Virus record (IMG/VR): IMGVR_UViG_3300028831_000484
Span: 5,398-69,397 of that record
Reading direction: 5' to 3' (one strand)
Source of the DNA: a virus
DNA length: 64,000 bases
The notes below the pieces were generated by a model that searched no databases, was not told the DNA's origin, and saw only the letters and a list, made by a program, of their open reading frames with translations. Both the position numbers and the translations under genes were made by a program. Below, one piece after another: positions 7,937 through 19,042 of the stretch (the stretch's first letter is position 1; each line of letters opens with the position of its first letter).

Positions 7937-10900
7937 TTAAAACGACAGCGCGTTCTGAAGGCTGAAAACCTCACCAGCCTGGCGCCGCAACAACTCCGTA
8001 CGATCCGGCCGCAGCGACGACGTTGGTTGCCCTGTAAACGGGGCGATGCCAAGACGTTCCCCGTACCGGTTGAACAGCCTTATTGATTCCGTAACTGCCT
8101 GCTGGCCATTATCTGGCAGCGCCCTCAGCAAGGAATGATAATCTTTTGAGGAGGGCGGCGTTTGAAAAACAGAGCGCAGCGGATGTTGAAACGAGAAGGC
8201 ACGACGAACGTAATCCTTCGCATCCACCCGCCCGTCTTCCTTCGCCGCAGCAATGGCATCGGCGTACGCTTCGGCAAAAGCTCCGCTGTCGTTGGCCAGC
8301 GCGGACAGCATCATCTCTCGGATATAAGGCGTCGTTCGGTTGGGAACGTAATCCCCTGATGCGCTTGCCCCTTTGCGCACCGGGAGCTGTTCTGCGCGCC
8401 CGGCAACTCGTAACCAATTGTTCACGTTTAACCGGGCCGTGACGCGTGCCTCTGCGTTGTCGAATCCGAAGATACCGTTCAGCGCGTCCAACCATTGCAA
8501 GGCCCCGCTGCCACCCATCGCAGCGAACAATGGACGGTACACGGTGGCGTATGTGCCCGGCCCGCCCTGGTGGAATATCCATCCACCCATGGTGTCCATG
8601 ATGGAAGTCAGCGAGTTGACGAAGAACACCCGAGAATCAACCGTGAACGGCCTGGCCGTCGATTGATTGATGTAGGCGTTAGCCGCGTCACCGATGATGC
8701 CAAGGGATCCAACTGTGGCCACCCGGTCCAACATCGCCATCGCCAAGTTGTCTCCCCATAACGACATGCGGTTGGCCTTCTTCTTCAGCACGTCTTCATC
8801 CCACCGGTCTGCCAACAGGGAATACGCCAGTGCCACGCCAACGAGGGGCAACGCAGCGAACAGTCCACGTTGCAGCGTCAGCCACATGCCGTGCCGCTCG
8901 CCGGTAATCTGGTCCCGATAGATGGTGTCCAACGATGCCATCTGGCCAATCGCCCAGCCGGTCAATGGCGCCAGCACACCGAAGTAAGCGGAGGACGCAA
9001 GGGCAGACGGCCGTGTGGCGATGGAAGACTCACCGGTAATCTCTGTCGGGCCGATGACCAAGAGATGCTGGTATTGCTCCTTCGTCAGCACCTGCCCAGT
9101 CGTGCCACGACCAATGTAATCCTTGGCCATGTCCTCCAGCGTAAGGCCACCGTGCTGTTCCAACATGGCGATGTACCGCTCAAACTCACGCTGGCCCAAG
9201 TTGAACAACCTTGCGTGCGAACCATCGAACTGGAACGTCGGATCATTTAACGTGCCGGGCGGAGCTTGGTTCTCTATCCACTTCGCCGCCCGCGTCACCA
9301 GCCGTTCCGTCATGCTCCACACGGCGCGCACCGAAGCGGCATGGGCAATAGACGACTCCAAGTTGAACAAGGCAAACTTCAGCTTCGTAAACTTCGAACC
9401 CTTTGCAGGAGTTGGAACCGGGCTGCTGATTATTTCCCGGGACACGCGGCTTAAAATTGACACACCACGTCCAACCTTTTGAAGAATCGTTGCCGCATCA
9501 TCGGCTGGGTATGCGAGCGCGGCTGCAAGGATACGGTCCTTCAACCTTGTAACGTCGGCGTGCGGTTGCTGGTTAAGCTCATGCCACATGGCAATATGCT
9601 CAGCCTCCCAGTTCATGGTGATGTTGAACGCCTGAAGGAAACTGCCGATGGCTTCCTTTCCAAAACCAATAACACTTTTCGCAGTCTGCTCCCAGCCGAG
9701 TTTAGAAAAGCCGCCGTAGATTTGCAGCGGTTTGAACATCGCCGTCGTATCAAAGAATGCAGTCTTTGGCCCCTGCAACACGGCCGTAGTCATGGTCTGC
9801 ATCGCCTCCGCGAACGGCCGGAAATCCACCAGCACACCGCCGCGCAACTTCACCCAGTTCAGAAAGTTTTTCTCCTCCTTCGTAATGGAATGCAGGATGC
9901 GCGCAGCGTCGTTGAGCTGAGCCAACGTGAACCCTTCGGCCAGTGCCTGTGCTTCAATGTATGCCTTCTCGTCCTTCTTCGTTATCGTTCCCGCCGCAAT
10001 AGCTTCTTCCGCTCTCCTGCGGACCATGCCAAGCTTTTCGGATCGAATGCTGAAGTGATCCTTTGCGAGCTGGAATTCCTTTAACGCAACTTCCATGTTC
10101 CGCCCGAAGGCCAAGTGCAAGGCGAGCTGCGAGGATAACGCACGCGTTCCTTGGATGTCGTACCTGTGGTAACGCACCCATTCCTTTGGCAACTCATTCA
10201 TCTTGCGTGCATCCATCATGAGATGCTGCACCGGCACCACCGTTTTTCCGACAGCGTTGGCCTGATCGGACATCGCTCCGTGAATTGAGTCGTAGTAGGT
10301 TTGTATGGTGCCCAGCGTCTTCGCCACGAACGCAGCTCTCTCTGGCGGAAACGTAGGACCAGCCGGTGCCGTGGCATCAAACAGGTTCTCAGCGAACTTC
10401 AACACGTCACCAACCGGCGCATTATTGAAGGCATCCGTGACCTGCTGAACGGTTGCCAAGTGCGTGAACCCGGTATGGTCCGGCACAGCGTCGAATGCTG
10501 CTTGCCCTGGACGCCGGGCCAACGGTGCAAGGAACCGGTCCCAAACGTTCTTCGTAAACAACGGTGCCAGCTTCGCCGCCAGTGCTGGACGGTTTTCGTA
10601 TTCGCTGGCCAGCGTCTTAACGTCCATCGGTGACGTGGCCCACGCGCCCTTCTCGATGCCGTTGCCGTGCTGCATCTCCGTGTAGATACCGTGCAGCAAC
10701 GCAGAGAACGTTCTGCCGACTTCGCTCCGCAGTCCACGGAACGAGCGAAAAAAGTTTAAGTCATCATCCTTAATCTTCCCGCCGTTCTCTTGAATGAACG
10801 TGACGTATTCCTTATTGATGTCGAACGTGGTCCGCAGAAGGTTCTCCAGCGCTGCCCACTGGTGACCGGGCAGATTGAAGAAGGTCCGAACCGCAGCCAG

Positions 10901-13900
10901 TTGCCGGTTAACGATTGTATCCTCTGTTTCTCCGGCAGGACCAACCATCAAGTCGGCACGGCGACTGATATAGTCCAAGGCTGCATCGTAGTATTGTTCC
11001 AAGAACCGTTCGAAATGTTTCCGGCTGAAACCGGGGAACGCTTTGATGGCCTTGTTCAACGCGGTTGACCACTTCACCGCCCTGACTTGATCAGCTTCCC
11101 TCGTCAGGAAATGATTGCGCACCCAGTCACGGAGCTGGCGAGCAAACGCCTTCATCTCCGGAAGGCCGGTCATGTCCAGCACCTTGGCCATGTTCCCAAA
11201 GTTACGCTGCATGAAAGAAGTCACGCCACGATCCATCTGCGACTGCACCTTGTTCTCCCTCAGCTTGGCAATCTGTGTCGCCAACCGATTGTAGACTGCG
11301 CTTCCGTACTCAGGCGTGCCAGGGCCGTGCGCATCAATCCACTCCTTCATGAGTTGCAGACTTCGTTTTAGCTGATCGTTCTCCGCGCCGTCACGTTGAA
11401 CCTGATATTTCTGGCGCGGGTTAACAACCATGATGGTGCGCAGGTCATCGTTTTTAGTAACGACCGTAAGCATCTCAGAGCCGGGCAGTGCTTCGAAGTG
11501 TTCGTCCACCGCGCCAATCTCCCGCTCGTATGGCGCCAGGTATTCGTTAACCTTCTCACCAAGGCCAACCTGTGGCGCACCCGGAGGACCATAGTAAAAG
11601 CTTAACAAGTTCTTGGCCCTTTCAACGGTGGCCATGTCCTCGTACTGTTGCTTTTTGTAAGCCTCCAGCTTGTCCAACAAACGACGCGCTTTAATCTGTG
11701 CGCGGTTCTGCTTGGTCAACATGTTTCGAGCCATGCGGAAAGCTTCCTTCTGATCGCTCAGCGCCACCTTCAATGCGGCGTTAATCTCCAACTTGTCCTC
11801 GTAGTTCTGTTCCGCCGACAATCCCAGCATCTGCACAGCAAGGTCGTTGCGTTTTAGGAACAACGTTACGATAGACAGCAACGCCTTTCCGTCCTCCGTA
11901 TCAGCGCGCAGCTCGTCAATCATCGGAGCATTCGGGTTGATGGCGCCGTTGAGCGTGTCGCGCAACGTATCCTTAATCTCCTTCACGCTCATGTCGGACC
12001 AGACAAAATTCGGGTTATCAGCAAGGTAGCGTATTAAGCTAATGAAGCTCTCCTGCTTAACCCCGGTGAACGCCCTCGCCAATCTATCCATCGCCGTTGC
12101 GTAGGCACCGGCAATCGGCTGATCCAACTTGCCCTCGATGACTTCGATAACTCCTGCAATTTGTTCTTCTTTCGCGGCCAGCTTTGCTGCGTTGCCAGCG
12201 TTCGTTCGCAGCCATTTAATCCACGTCAGCACGTCCTTCTTCAAATCAGCAAACGCCAAATGCGCATCCTGATACCGCTGCGTGGCATCGTTTATTTTAC
12301 TTACGTTCCTGATGACCCTTTGAGCCGCCCCGCTCTGGTTAACGTCAACGTCAGCGCGGGCTTCGTTAACCTTCGCAAAGAAATTGCCAATCCACTTGCT
12401 GATCTTACCAGCCGCTTGAATTGCCACCTCGCGGCGTGTTGCTTCGTTCAACGTGGCCATGCGCTGGTTGGCCGGTGGCGGAGTTTGGCCTAGGTTCGCA
12501 ACGCCCTGACGCAGCGTGGCAATCATCGCAACCGGTTCATCCATGTGCGACGGCATGTGCTCCGCTTTAAAATCATCGAAGGTTTGGCCAGCAATGTTGT
12601 TGCCCTGCGCATTGTAGTCGGCAAACGCCTTCGTTATGAAATCGTTGAACTCGTTATTAGCAGCTATGGCTGTCGTAACGATGGCTGGCGTCACGTCGGC
12701 GGATGGTTGGCCCGGCTGGTTCCTGGTGCGTGGCGCGTGATACCGTATCGTAGCGTTCTCCAAGTTCTGGAACACTGCTGCCGCTGTGTCCGGGTCTGCT
12801 TCCTGCACTTCGATACCGCCACTTCGCGGATTGTAGAACCACGTCAACGCAGAGAATCCGTTCGCATGGTTACCACGTCCCCACTCCGTGCGATCCGTTA
12901 TCTTCGGCGCAGGCCCACCCATGAACGACGTGAACGACAACGGGCTAACATTCCCGGCCAAGAACGACTCAACGCGATTTTGTAAGTACGCAGTTGCCAG
13001 TTCCGCACCACGTTGCCCCATGTCCTTGCCGAACCACGCTCGCTGCATGGCCAACGCAGCACGGTAGTAAATGTTTTTCAGGAACCGCCAGAACGCCTGC
13101 GCAAGCCCACGCGCACGAGCCGGATTAAACCCAGCCGCAGTGATACGCTTGGCCACGGTATCAACGAGCCGTTCCTCTTGCTGCACGGCGGAACGTTGTT
13201 CGGCTGGGACACCCTTCGACAATGGAAGTTCCGCCGTGATGCCAAGGAAATCATCGGTGGCGCCTTTAATTGCATCCTGCAACAACGCTTGTTCACCCGC
13301 CGGTAATTGCGCGAACACTGCATGGGAGACTTCCGCGTTAAGATGGTATAGGTTAGTTAATGTCGGTTCCGTTACGTTGCTTAACACCATCGTCACCGTC
13401 TGCGTTGCGTTATCAATGGCGCCCATCTCCTGCACCATGCCTGCCGCTTCCTGGTGAACGATGGTTACGTTGTAACCTGCGTTGGCTAACGAGTTGACGG
13501 TGGCGTTGAAGGCGGATGTGACTTCGTTGGATGTGGCGCGGTTAGGTTCGATGGTGCCGCGATGCCCACGCACCTCACCACCACCAGCACGCCGAAGAAT
13601 GTCCCCCGCCTTGACCTGAATTGTCACTCGTGGTTCACCGGGTATTCCAGTTGAGTATGAAATCTCAACGTTGTTTGTTAACACGGCCTCCACTCTGCCA
13701 ACAAAACTCCCGCCACCTTTGGCGTTTTTAACCTCCACGAAATCGCCCGGTTTCAGTGCAGTTGGAGCTGCCGGTTCTTCCTCACCCATCCCCAACGCCT
13801 TCTTCAGCTCCTCCAGCTTAGCGGCTTTTTGCTCCGGGGTTAATGCTTGGGCGGAGGTTGTCTGCCCCCCTGCTGCTCCGCCTGCTCCAGACTGAGCAGT

Positions 13901-16900
13901 TTGTCCTGCCACTCCTGCTGCCCCAGGTTTTGCTCCGGTAGTACTACCGGAAACTGACCCACTGGTTGTTGTGGTGGCGGCGGTCTTTTGAGCGCGTCCG
14001 GTACTGCTCCAAAAGCCCTCAAAGTTTCGAGCAGCTTCTTCCCTGATTGCTGATGTGAGATGTTTCGCAAACTCTTCCTTGCTTCCTCCAGCCTTTGTTT
14101 TCGAGTCCACAATGAAGACGCGGAGTGCTGCGACGATTTGCTCTTCAGTTTTTGCGCCATGAGTAGTGAAAAGGGTTACGATTTTTTGGAGTGCGACACG
14201 CACATCTTCGTCAGAGTGCGCCTGCTTGGTGATGTTAACAATTGGATCACCGGTTTTTCTAACTGACCAAAACAATGAACTGGCTTCATCCTCTGTGAAA
14301 CCTTCTTTGGCAAGCAACTCATCGGCTGGCGTCGTTGGCTCAACCGGTGTCACCGTCTTCTGCTCGCCTTCGCCGCCCTCAACGGTGGTCTTTTCACCTT
14401 CAACCGCTGCGGTCTTCGCCGCCTCTGTGCCGAGGATTTCTTCCGCAGACTTAGCGTACTCTTCGAATGCCGCTTGGTCCTTGAAGACGATGCCGTGCTG
14501 ATCGTTGGTTGAGTCAACCGCTTTGTTTGCTGCCAACGTCACAGCGCCGAGCACCGTATAACGTGGAGCACCGGCCGTTTCCTTTGCCAGGAAGTTGCCC
14601 AGTTGACTTCCCTTTGCATCACCCTGCAACCTGCCAACGTAAACCTTTCCGGCAGTCTTGTAGGTGCCAAGCCCAAACACACGACCGGTGATGTTGTCCA
14701 AGAAGAACGTGAGCTGTCGCGTCAACGATTTCTTTTGAACATTCGCCCCGGCTGCATTCGCCGTGAGCCGTTCGCCAAGCTTCTTAACGTCCTTGGCTTC
14801 CTCCGGGGTGACACGGAAGAAAGCCGGTTCCTTTGTGATGCCATGCTTTTGTTCCTGCCACGGATGACCAGCAAAGTCCGTTTGATCAAAGACGGCTTGC
14901 GGCGTGGAGAACGAAGGAGGAGCCGCAAGTTCAAGAGTAGGACCATGCGCTTTGCCACCGAACTCTTTTGTTAGTTCTTCTAAAGCTTTCTCCAAACCAA
15001 ACTCTGGTCTTAGCTGATGCTCTGTCAATGGTTGCGCTTGTCCACGCAAAATGTTGTCTTGGAGTGTGGCTCTGGTGCCGTCGTCATTTACCGCGAAGAG
15101 CGTCTTCGATACCCACCTTCCAGCATCTTGCAGAAAAATGTTTGTTGACGTTAAAACGAACGGTTTCCCGGCTACCGCTCCGACCTTGGCGCCTTTGAAA
15201 AACCGCTTCCAGTTTGGTGGACGAGCTTCATGCTTGTTCCATTCCTCAGACCAGGGCTTATGGGGGTTTGCCTCTTCATCAGCAGTTACAACTCCTTTTT
15301 GGAAATCGAATTTTCCACCCGGCGCCTTGGCCTCCGCCTCAAGCTCAGCAAGGTGCTGTTTTAACGCTGGATTTCTCTCGGCCTCAGCGGCAATAGACTC
15401 AGGGTGTGGCGCCGTAGTTGTTGAAACCGCAGCCGGAGCGGTCGTGGTCGCTGGCGACGGGCTTTCAGGGGGTGCGGGCGTACCCGTCGGTGCAGCCGCC
15501 GTGGCGCCCGGCTGCGGAGATGGTGGTGCTGTTACTTGGTTGACCTGGTCACTGGGCGTTGTCCCGGTTTGCGCTGCGAGTTGTAGATCCGGGCTGCTGA
15601 CCGCTTGGCCGCTTTGAGCGGGAACCCCTCCCGGTGTAGCTTGTCCCGTATCGCTTCGTACTTCTTCGGCATTTGTAACACCCCCTTCCGTGGTTGTAGT
15701 TGTAGTTGTTGGTGCTGCTGGTGCTGCCGGTGGCACTGGTTGCGCGGCAGTTGTAGCCGTCACACCGGCAACTGGTGGCGTGGCGCCGGTATCGGTTACT
15801 GCCGTAGTCGTAGGAGCCGCCGCTGCCTGCGCCTGCTTTTGTTGTTTTAAAATCCCATACGCGGTCTGCACATCTGGTGGCATCTGCGCCAACAGCGTTT
15901 GAATCTCCAGTGGCAACGTCCCGGCAATGTCTTGACTTGCCCACTCCGCCAATCTGGATTGCGTATCCTCGTTAACGTTCCCGGTGTACTGCCCGAGGAT
16001 CCCGGTGGTTGGCAGGGCGGGCGTTGATCCGGGTGTTACGGTTGTCGTTGTCGCAGTCGTTGCCGTTGTCGTCGTTGCAGGAGGAGACGCGGCAGCGCCT
16101 CCCGCCGCGCCTCCGGGTGGTGGGATGGTTCCCTTAGCAGACTCAGCCTCCTTTTGTGAAGCAGTGGGGGGAGTAGGGGTCTTAACGCCTTTCGCTTTGC
16201 CTAAGGCATGGGTAACGACCGAAAACAAAAACCCAGTAAGAACGCCGCCCGCCGCGTTCTCTGCAAGTTCATCGCGCAGGTCACGGTCCTTGTCGTACGT
16301 TTCTTTTGCTACGACGTTTTGCAGGAGCTGTTGCCCGGCTTCCTGCACTCCGTTCTCAAAGGATTCCTTCGCACCTTCAATAAGGGCTTTCGTAAACCCT
16401 CCACCGGAAATCCCGTCCAACCGCTTCAACATGTTCGTCAGCGGAATGATTTCCGTGGCGCCGATGGGCAGGTTCCAAAGGAAGTTTTGCACTGCCTGAT
16501 CGTGCGTTGCGCCCTTCGATAACGCTTCCTCGTACGCTGAGACTCCCTGAGCCGTCGAACCAAGCGCGGCAATCGGCGCGTTATCCGCCACCCAGCTCTT
16601 CAACTTCAAAGCCTTTGGCGCGGCCTTGTAAGCCAGCTCCTTCAGCGTGTCATCCGCCGCAACTTCTGCCGCCGTTTTAACGACACCTTCTTCAATCAGC
16701 TTCTTCGTCCCGGCTTCAAGGGCAAGGTTGGCAAACTTTCCGGCCCCGGTTACCAACCTGCCACCGATACCACCGGCAATAAACCCGGCCGCTGAACCAA
16801 CGTAGGAAGGCAGTTTATTTGCCCAGAAGGATCCCTCCAATTCCGGGACTGGTTCAGGTGTGACTTTCGCGGCAAGTTCGTCAATGCCCTGGCCGATTTT

Positions 16901-17236
16901 GTAGGACAACGTTTCCCGTGCATCCTCCGGTTCACCGAACGGAATGCCGGTTGCCTTGGCCAACGCGGAGGCGCCAACGCCGATGGCTTTGAAAGGAGAA
17001 GCTAAAACGTCGGCTGCGCTGCGCACCGTTGAACCAAGGATCTCCTTTGTGTATTCCGGTATGCCGGGCTTGTACGCTTCGGCAATCGTGGCGCTTAACG
17101 AATTGTAGTCTGCTGCAAAATCCGGGGCAGCTTGAAGAAGTTCAGGGTACTTGCTGCCGAGGTCCAACGTGATTGCTTCGTCGGATCTTGGATCGTTGTT
17201 CTGCGAACGATAGTATTGTAGAACGCTGTTAGGCAC
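7937..17236 (-). CDS. giant internal virion / DNA-ejection (polyvalent-type) protein, 3099 aa
   Basis: Last of the GNAT/ejection cluster; Ala/Thr/Pro linkers; degenerate zincin-like segment. No RNA polymerase motif recognised. Confidence 0.7.
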   Translation of the reverse strand: MPNSVLQYYRSQNNDPRSDEAITLDLGSKYPELLQAAPDFAADYNSLSATIAEAYKPGIPEYTKEILGSTVRSAADVLASPFKAIGVGASALAKATGIPFGEPEDARETLSYKIGQGIDELAAKVTPEPVPELEGSFWANKLPSYVGSAAGFIAGGIGGRLVTGAGKFANLALEAGTKKLIEEGVVKTAAEVAADDTLKELAYKAAPKALKLKSWVADNAPIAALGSTAQGVSAYEEALSKGATHDQAVQNFLWNLPIGATEIIPLTNMLKRLDGISGGGFTKALIEGAKESFENGVQEAGQQLLQNVVAKETYDKDRDLRDELAENAAGGVLTGFLFSVVTHALGKAKGVKTPTPPTASQKEAESAKGTIPPPGGAAGGAAASPPATTTTATTATTTTVTPGSTPALPTTGILGQYTGNVNEDTQSRLAEWASQDIAGTLPLEIQTLLAQMPPDVQTAYGILKQQKQAQAAAAPTTTAVTDTGATPPVAGVTATTAAQPVPPAAPAAPTTTTTTTEGGVTNAEEVRSDTGQATPGGVPAQSGQAVSSPDLQLAAQTGTTPSDQVNQVTAPPSPQPGATAAAPTGTPAPPESPSPATTTAPAAVSTTTAPHPESIAAEAERNPALKQHLAELEAEAKAPGGKFDFQKGVVTADEEANPHKPWSEEWNKHEARPPNWKRFFKGAKVGAVAGKPFVLTSTNIFLQDAGRWVSKTLFAVNDDGTRATLQDNILRGQAQPLTEHQLRPEFGLEKALEELTKEFGGKAHGPTLELAAPPSFSTPQAVFDQTDFAGHPWQEQKHGITKEPAFFRVTPEEAKDVKKLGERLTANAAGANVQKKSLTRQLTFFLDNITGRVFGLGTYKTAGKVYVGRLQGDAKGSQLGNFLAKETAGAPRYTVLGAVTLAANKAVDSTNDQHGIVFKDQAAFEEYAKSAEEILGTEAAKTAAVEGEKTTVEGGEGEQKTVTPVEPTTPADELLAKEGFTEDEASSLFWSVRKTGDPIVNITKQAHSDEDVRVALQKIVTLFTTHGAKTEEQIVAALRVFIVDSKTKAGGSKEEFAKHLTSAIREEAARNFEGFWSSTGRAQKTAATTTTSGSVSGSTTGAKPGAAGVAGQTAQSGAGGAAGGQTTSAQALTPEQKAAKLEELKKALGMGEEEPAAPTALKPGDFVEVKNAKGGGSFVGRVEAVLTNNVEISYSTGIPGEPRVTIQVKAGDILRRAGGGEVRGHRGTIEPNRATSNEVTSAFNATVNSLANAGYNVTIVHQEAAGMVQEMGAIDNATQTVTMVLSNVTEPTLTNLYHLNAEVSHAVFAQLPAGEQALLQDAIKGATDDFLGITAELPLSKGVPAEQRSAVQQEERLVDTVAKRITAAGFNPARARGLAQAFWRFLKNIYYRAALAMQRAWFGKDMGQRGAELATAYLQNRVESFLAGNVSPLSFTSFMGGPAPKITDRTEWGRGNHANGFSALTWFYNPRSGGIEVQEADPDTAAAVFQNLENATIRYHAPRTRNQPGQPSADVTPAIVTTAIAANNEFNDFITKAFADYNAQGNNIAGQTFDDFKAEHMPSHMDEPVAMIATLRQGVANLGQTPPPANQRMATLNEATRREVAIQAAGKISKWIGNFFAKVNEARADVDVNQSGAAQRVIRNVSKINDATQRYQDAHLAFADLKKDVLTWIKWLRTNAGNAAKLAAKEEQIAGVIEVIEGKLDQPIAGAYATAMDRLARAFTGVKQESFISLIRYLADNPNFVWSDMSVKEIKDTLRDTLNGAINPNAPMIDELRADTEDGKALLSIVTLFLKRNDLAVQMLGLSAEQNYEDKLEINAALKVALSDQKEAFRMARNMLTKQNRAQIKARRLLDKLEAYKKQQYEDMATVERAKNLLSFYYGPPGAPQVGLGEKVNEYLAPYEREIGAVDEHFEALPGSEMLTVVTKNDDLRTIMVVNPRQKYQVQRDGAENDQLKRSLQLMKEWIDAHGPGTPEYGSAVYNRLATQIAKLRENKVQSQMDRGVTSFMQRNFGNMAKVLDMTGLPEMKAFARQLRDWVRNHFLTREADQVRAVKWSTALNKAIKAFPGFSRKHFERFLEQYYDAALDYISRRADLMVGPAGETEDTIVNRQLAAVRTFFNLPGHQWAALENLLRTTFDINKEYVTFIQENGGKIKDDDLNFFRSFRGLRSEVGRTFSALLHGIYTEMQHGNGIEKGAWATSPMDVKTLASEYENRPALAAKLAPLFTKNVWDRFLAPLARRPGQAAFDAVPDHTGFTHLATVQQVTDAFNNAPVGDVLKFAENLFDATAPAGPTFPPERAAFVAKTLGTIQTYYDSIHGAMSDQANAVGKTVVPVQHLMMDARKMNELPKEWVRYHRYDIQGTRALSSQLALHLAFGRNMEVALKEFQLAKDHFSIRSEKLGMVRRRAEEAIAAGTITKKDEKAYIEAQALAEGFTLAQLNDAARILHSITKEEKNFLNWVKLRGGVLVDFRPFAEAMQTMTTAVLQGPKTAFFDTTAMFKPLQIYGGFSKLGWEQTAKSVIGFGKEAIGSFLQAFNITMNWEAEHIAMWHELNQQPHADVTRLKDRILAAALAYPADDAATILQKVGRGVSILSRVSREIISSPVPTPAKGSKFTKLKFALFNLESSIAHAASVRAVWSMTERLVTRAAKWIENQAPPGTLNDPTFQFDGSHARLFNLGQREFERYIAMLEQHGGLTLEDMAKDYIGRGTTGQVLTKEQYQHLLVIGPTEITGESSIATRPSALASSAYFGVLAPLTGWAIGQMASLDTIYRDQITGERHGMWLTLQRGLFAALPLVGVALAYSLLADRWDEDVLKKKANRMSLWGDNLAMAMLDRVATVGSLGIIGDAANAYINQSTARPFTVDSRVFFVNSLTSIMDTMGGWIFHQGGPGTYATVYRPLFAAMGGSGALQWLDALNGIFGFDNAEARVTARLNVNNWLRVAGRAEQLPVRKGASASGDYVPNRTTPYIREMMLSALANDSGAFAEAYADAIAAAKEDGRVDAKDYVRRAFSFQHPLRSVFQTPPSSKDYHSLLRALPDNGQQAVTESIRLFNRYGERLGIAPFTGQPTSSLRPDRTELLRRQAGEVFSLQNALSF

Positions 17237-17245
17237 ATTATCTCA

Positions 17246-19042
17246 TTAGCGTTGCCACGGGTCGCGGCCAAAGTTTTCAATCGCCTTGCCTACATCGTAT
17301 GGATTTCCCTGAGTCCCTTCTTGATAAGGAGCAATGTAAGATTCCGCACGGTGCATGTTACCCATACCAACCTTGGGTGCCTGCGGACCCTGAGCGCGCA
17401 ACCAGTTCAACACATTGGCCACCCGCTGTTGAGCAGTTGGATCGCCACCCAGCGCTGCGTTGAACGTTTGGGTCTGTTCGTCTTCGCTGATGCCGTTCGC
17501 GTCAGAAAACTTCTTTGCTGCCGACAGCAACGACGGCGCATCCGGCCCCCATATCCGAGCAGCCATATACGCAACCTGTGGCGTCGTGCGCTCCGGGATC
17601 GCCCGCGAAGGACTTGGGCCGGTATCCGGAACAGCACCCGCGAACAGGTTTTGCATTACAATCCCCGGCATGGACGGGCTTGGAGCAGCCGGATAGGGCG
17701 CGGCTGGCGCTGGCATTGGACCGGCTTGGCCAGGTCCTTGAAACGGAGCAGGACGACCGGGGCGCACGGGCGGAGGTGGCGCTCCCTGCCACCCGCCCAG
17801 CACGGCGTTCGCACCCGCGTCAAACGCAGTGTCACCAGCTTGAGCAAGCACGCCCGGTAGTTCGCTGATGGTTGGCCCTGCACCGTGCGGACCAACGCCA
17901 ATTCCACCAATACCGGAAAGTATTCGTTGAATCCAATTTGCTTGTGGAGAGAACGGACCAACAGCCGTGCCCGGTGCAGCCGGTTCAGCCGCATCCGCAG
18001 CACCACCAGCGCCCGGCGCCACAGCGGTCTTTGCTCCACCAGCACCCGGAGGAGCCGCGCCTCCGCCTCCGCCACCAAGTATCCGCGCAATCGCAGCCGT
18101 GTTGCCTCCGCCGCCCGGCGCGACAAGTGGCGCGAGCGAACTACGAGCGGCTTCTTCGCTGTCGAAGGCAGCGCCACTGCCCGGCCGACCAGCCGGGGGA
18201 ACTTGCAATGCGTCACCGAAATTAACTTTGTCCATGCCGAGGAAACCCGGCTGACGAACTATGTCCTGAACGTACTGGTGCTTCTGCGCGATCTCGTTCG
18301 TCAACGTGTCAATGCGCGCCTTTAACGTCGGGTCCTGCGGGATGACATGTTGCTTCGTCTGCGGGTCGATGTCGTTAAGGTTTTTGTCCGTCAGCGATTG
18401 ATAGGTCCGCGCAATAAGGTTGGCGTCCGCATCACGCTTGCTCTTCTTCAATTGCTCAACGATGGCGTCAATTGGTGTGTTCGTGGCCAACAGCTTCTTC
18501 GCCGCACTGCTGACATTCTTAATCACCTCCGGGTCAACGCGCACATCACCCGCTGCACGAGCGGCAGATGCTGCCATGCGTTGATCATTGTCCTGCTGTA
18601 GCAACTTTCGCTGCTCATTGTGCAAGGATTCAATTTGACGCACCAATCCATTGACCGGCTTTGCCTGCTCCGCACCAACGCGATCATGCCAGTCCTCATC
18701 GGATTCACCTGGCTTGCGCGGGTGCAATGCCTCAAGTTTCGCCTTCTCCGCTGCCGTCAGTGCCGCGATATGCGCCTTGTTCATTGACTCCTGCTTCGCC
18801 AGTTCATTCTGCCGATTCAACTCGTTCTGGCGTTCCAGGAATTTCTCTTGTTGCGCCTGAAGTTCCTTGGCCGTGTCGGCGTGGATCTTTCCTTCCTCGC
18901 GGAGTAGGTCAAGTTTTTCGCTGTAACGACGGCTCTCCTCTTCCCGCTTCAAACGTTCGTCGGCCAGCGTCACGAGTGCGCCAAGCGGGTGTTCGAGGCT
19001 TTGAAAAGTTAAATTGTTTACAAAATCCTCTATCTTAGGCAT
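17246..19042 (-). CDS. putative internal virion / ejection protein
   Basis: Coiled-coil N-terminus, Gly/Pro/Ala-rich C-terminus; inferred from synteny. Confidence 0.6.
   Translation of the reverse strand: MPKIEDFVNNLTFQSLEHPLGALVTLADERLKREEESRRYSEKLDLLREEGKIHADTAKELQAQQEKFLERQNELNRQNELAKQESMNKAHIAALTAAEKAKLEALHPRKPGESDEDWHDRVGAEQAKPVNGLVRQIESLHNEQRKLLQQDNDQRMAASAARAAGDVRVDPEVIKNVSSAAKKLLATNTPIDAIVEQLKKSKRDADANLIARTYQSLTDKNLNDIDPQTKQHVIPQDPTLKARIDTLTNEIAQKHQYVQDIVRQPGFLGMDKVNFGDALQVPPAGRPGSGAAFDSEEAARSSLAPLVAPGGGGNTAAIARILGGGGGGAAPPGAGGAKTAVAPGAGGAADAAEPAAPGTAVGPFSPQANWIQRILSGIGGIGVGPHGAGPTISELPGVLAQAGDTAFDAGANAVLGGWQGAPPPPVRPGRPAPFQGPGQAGPMPAPAAPYPAAPSPSMPGIVMQNLFAGAVPDTGPSPSRAIPERTTPQVAYMAARIWGPDAPSLLSAAKKFSDANGISEDEQTQTFNAALGGDPTAQQRVANVLNWLRAQGPQAPKVGMGNMHRAESYIAPYQEGTQGNPYDVGKAIENFGRDPWQR

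Noticed and set aside
7937-17236. Virion RNA polymerase (N4/crAss-like)
   Set aside because: No DFDGD-type or T7-type catalytic motifs found by eye.
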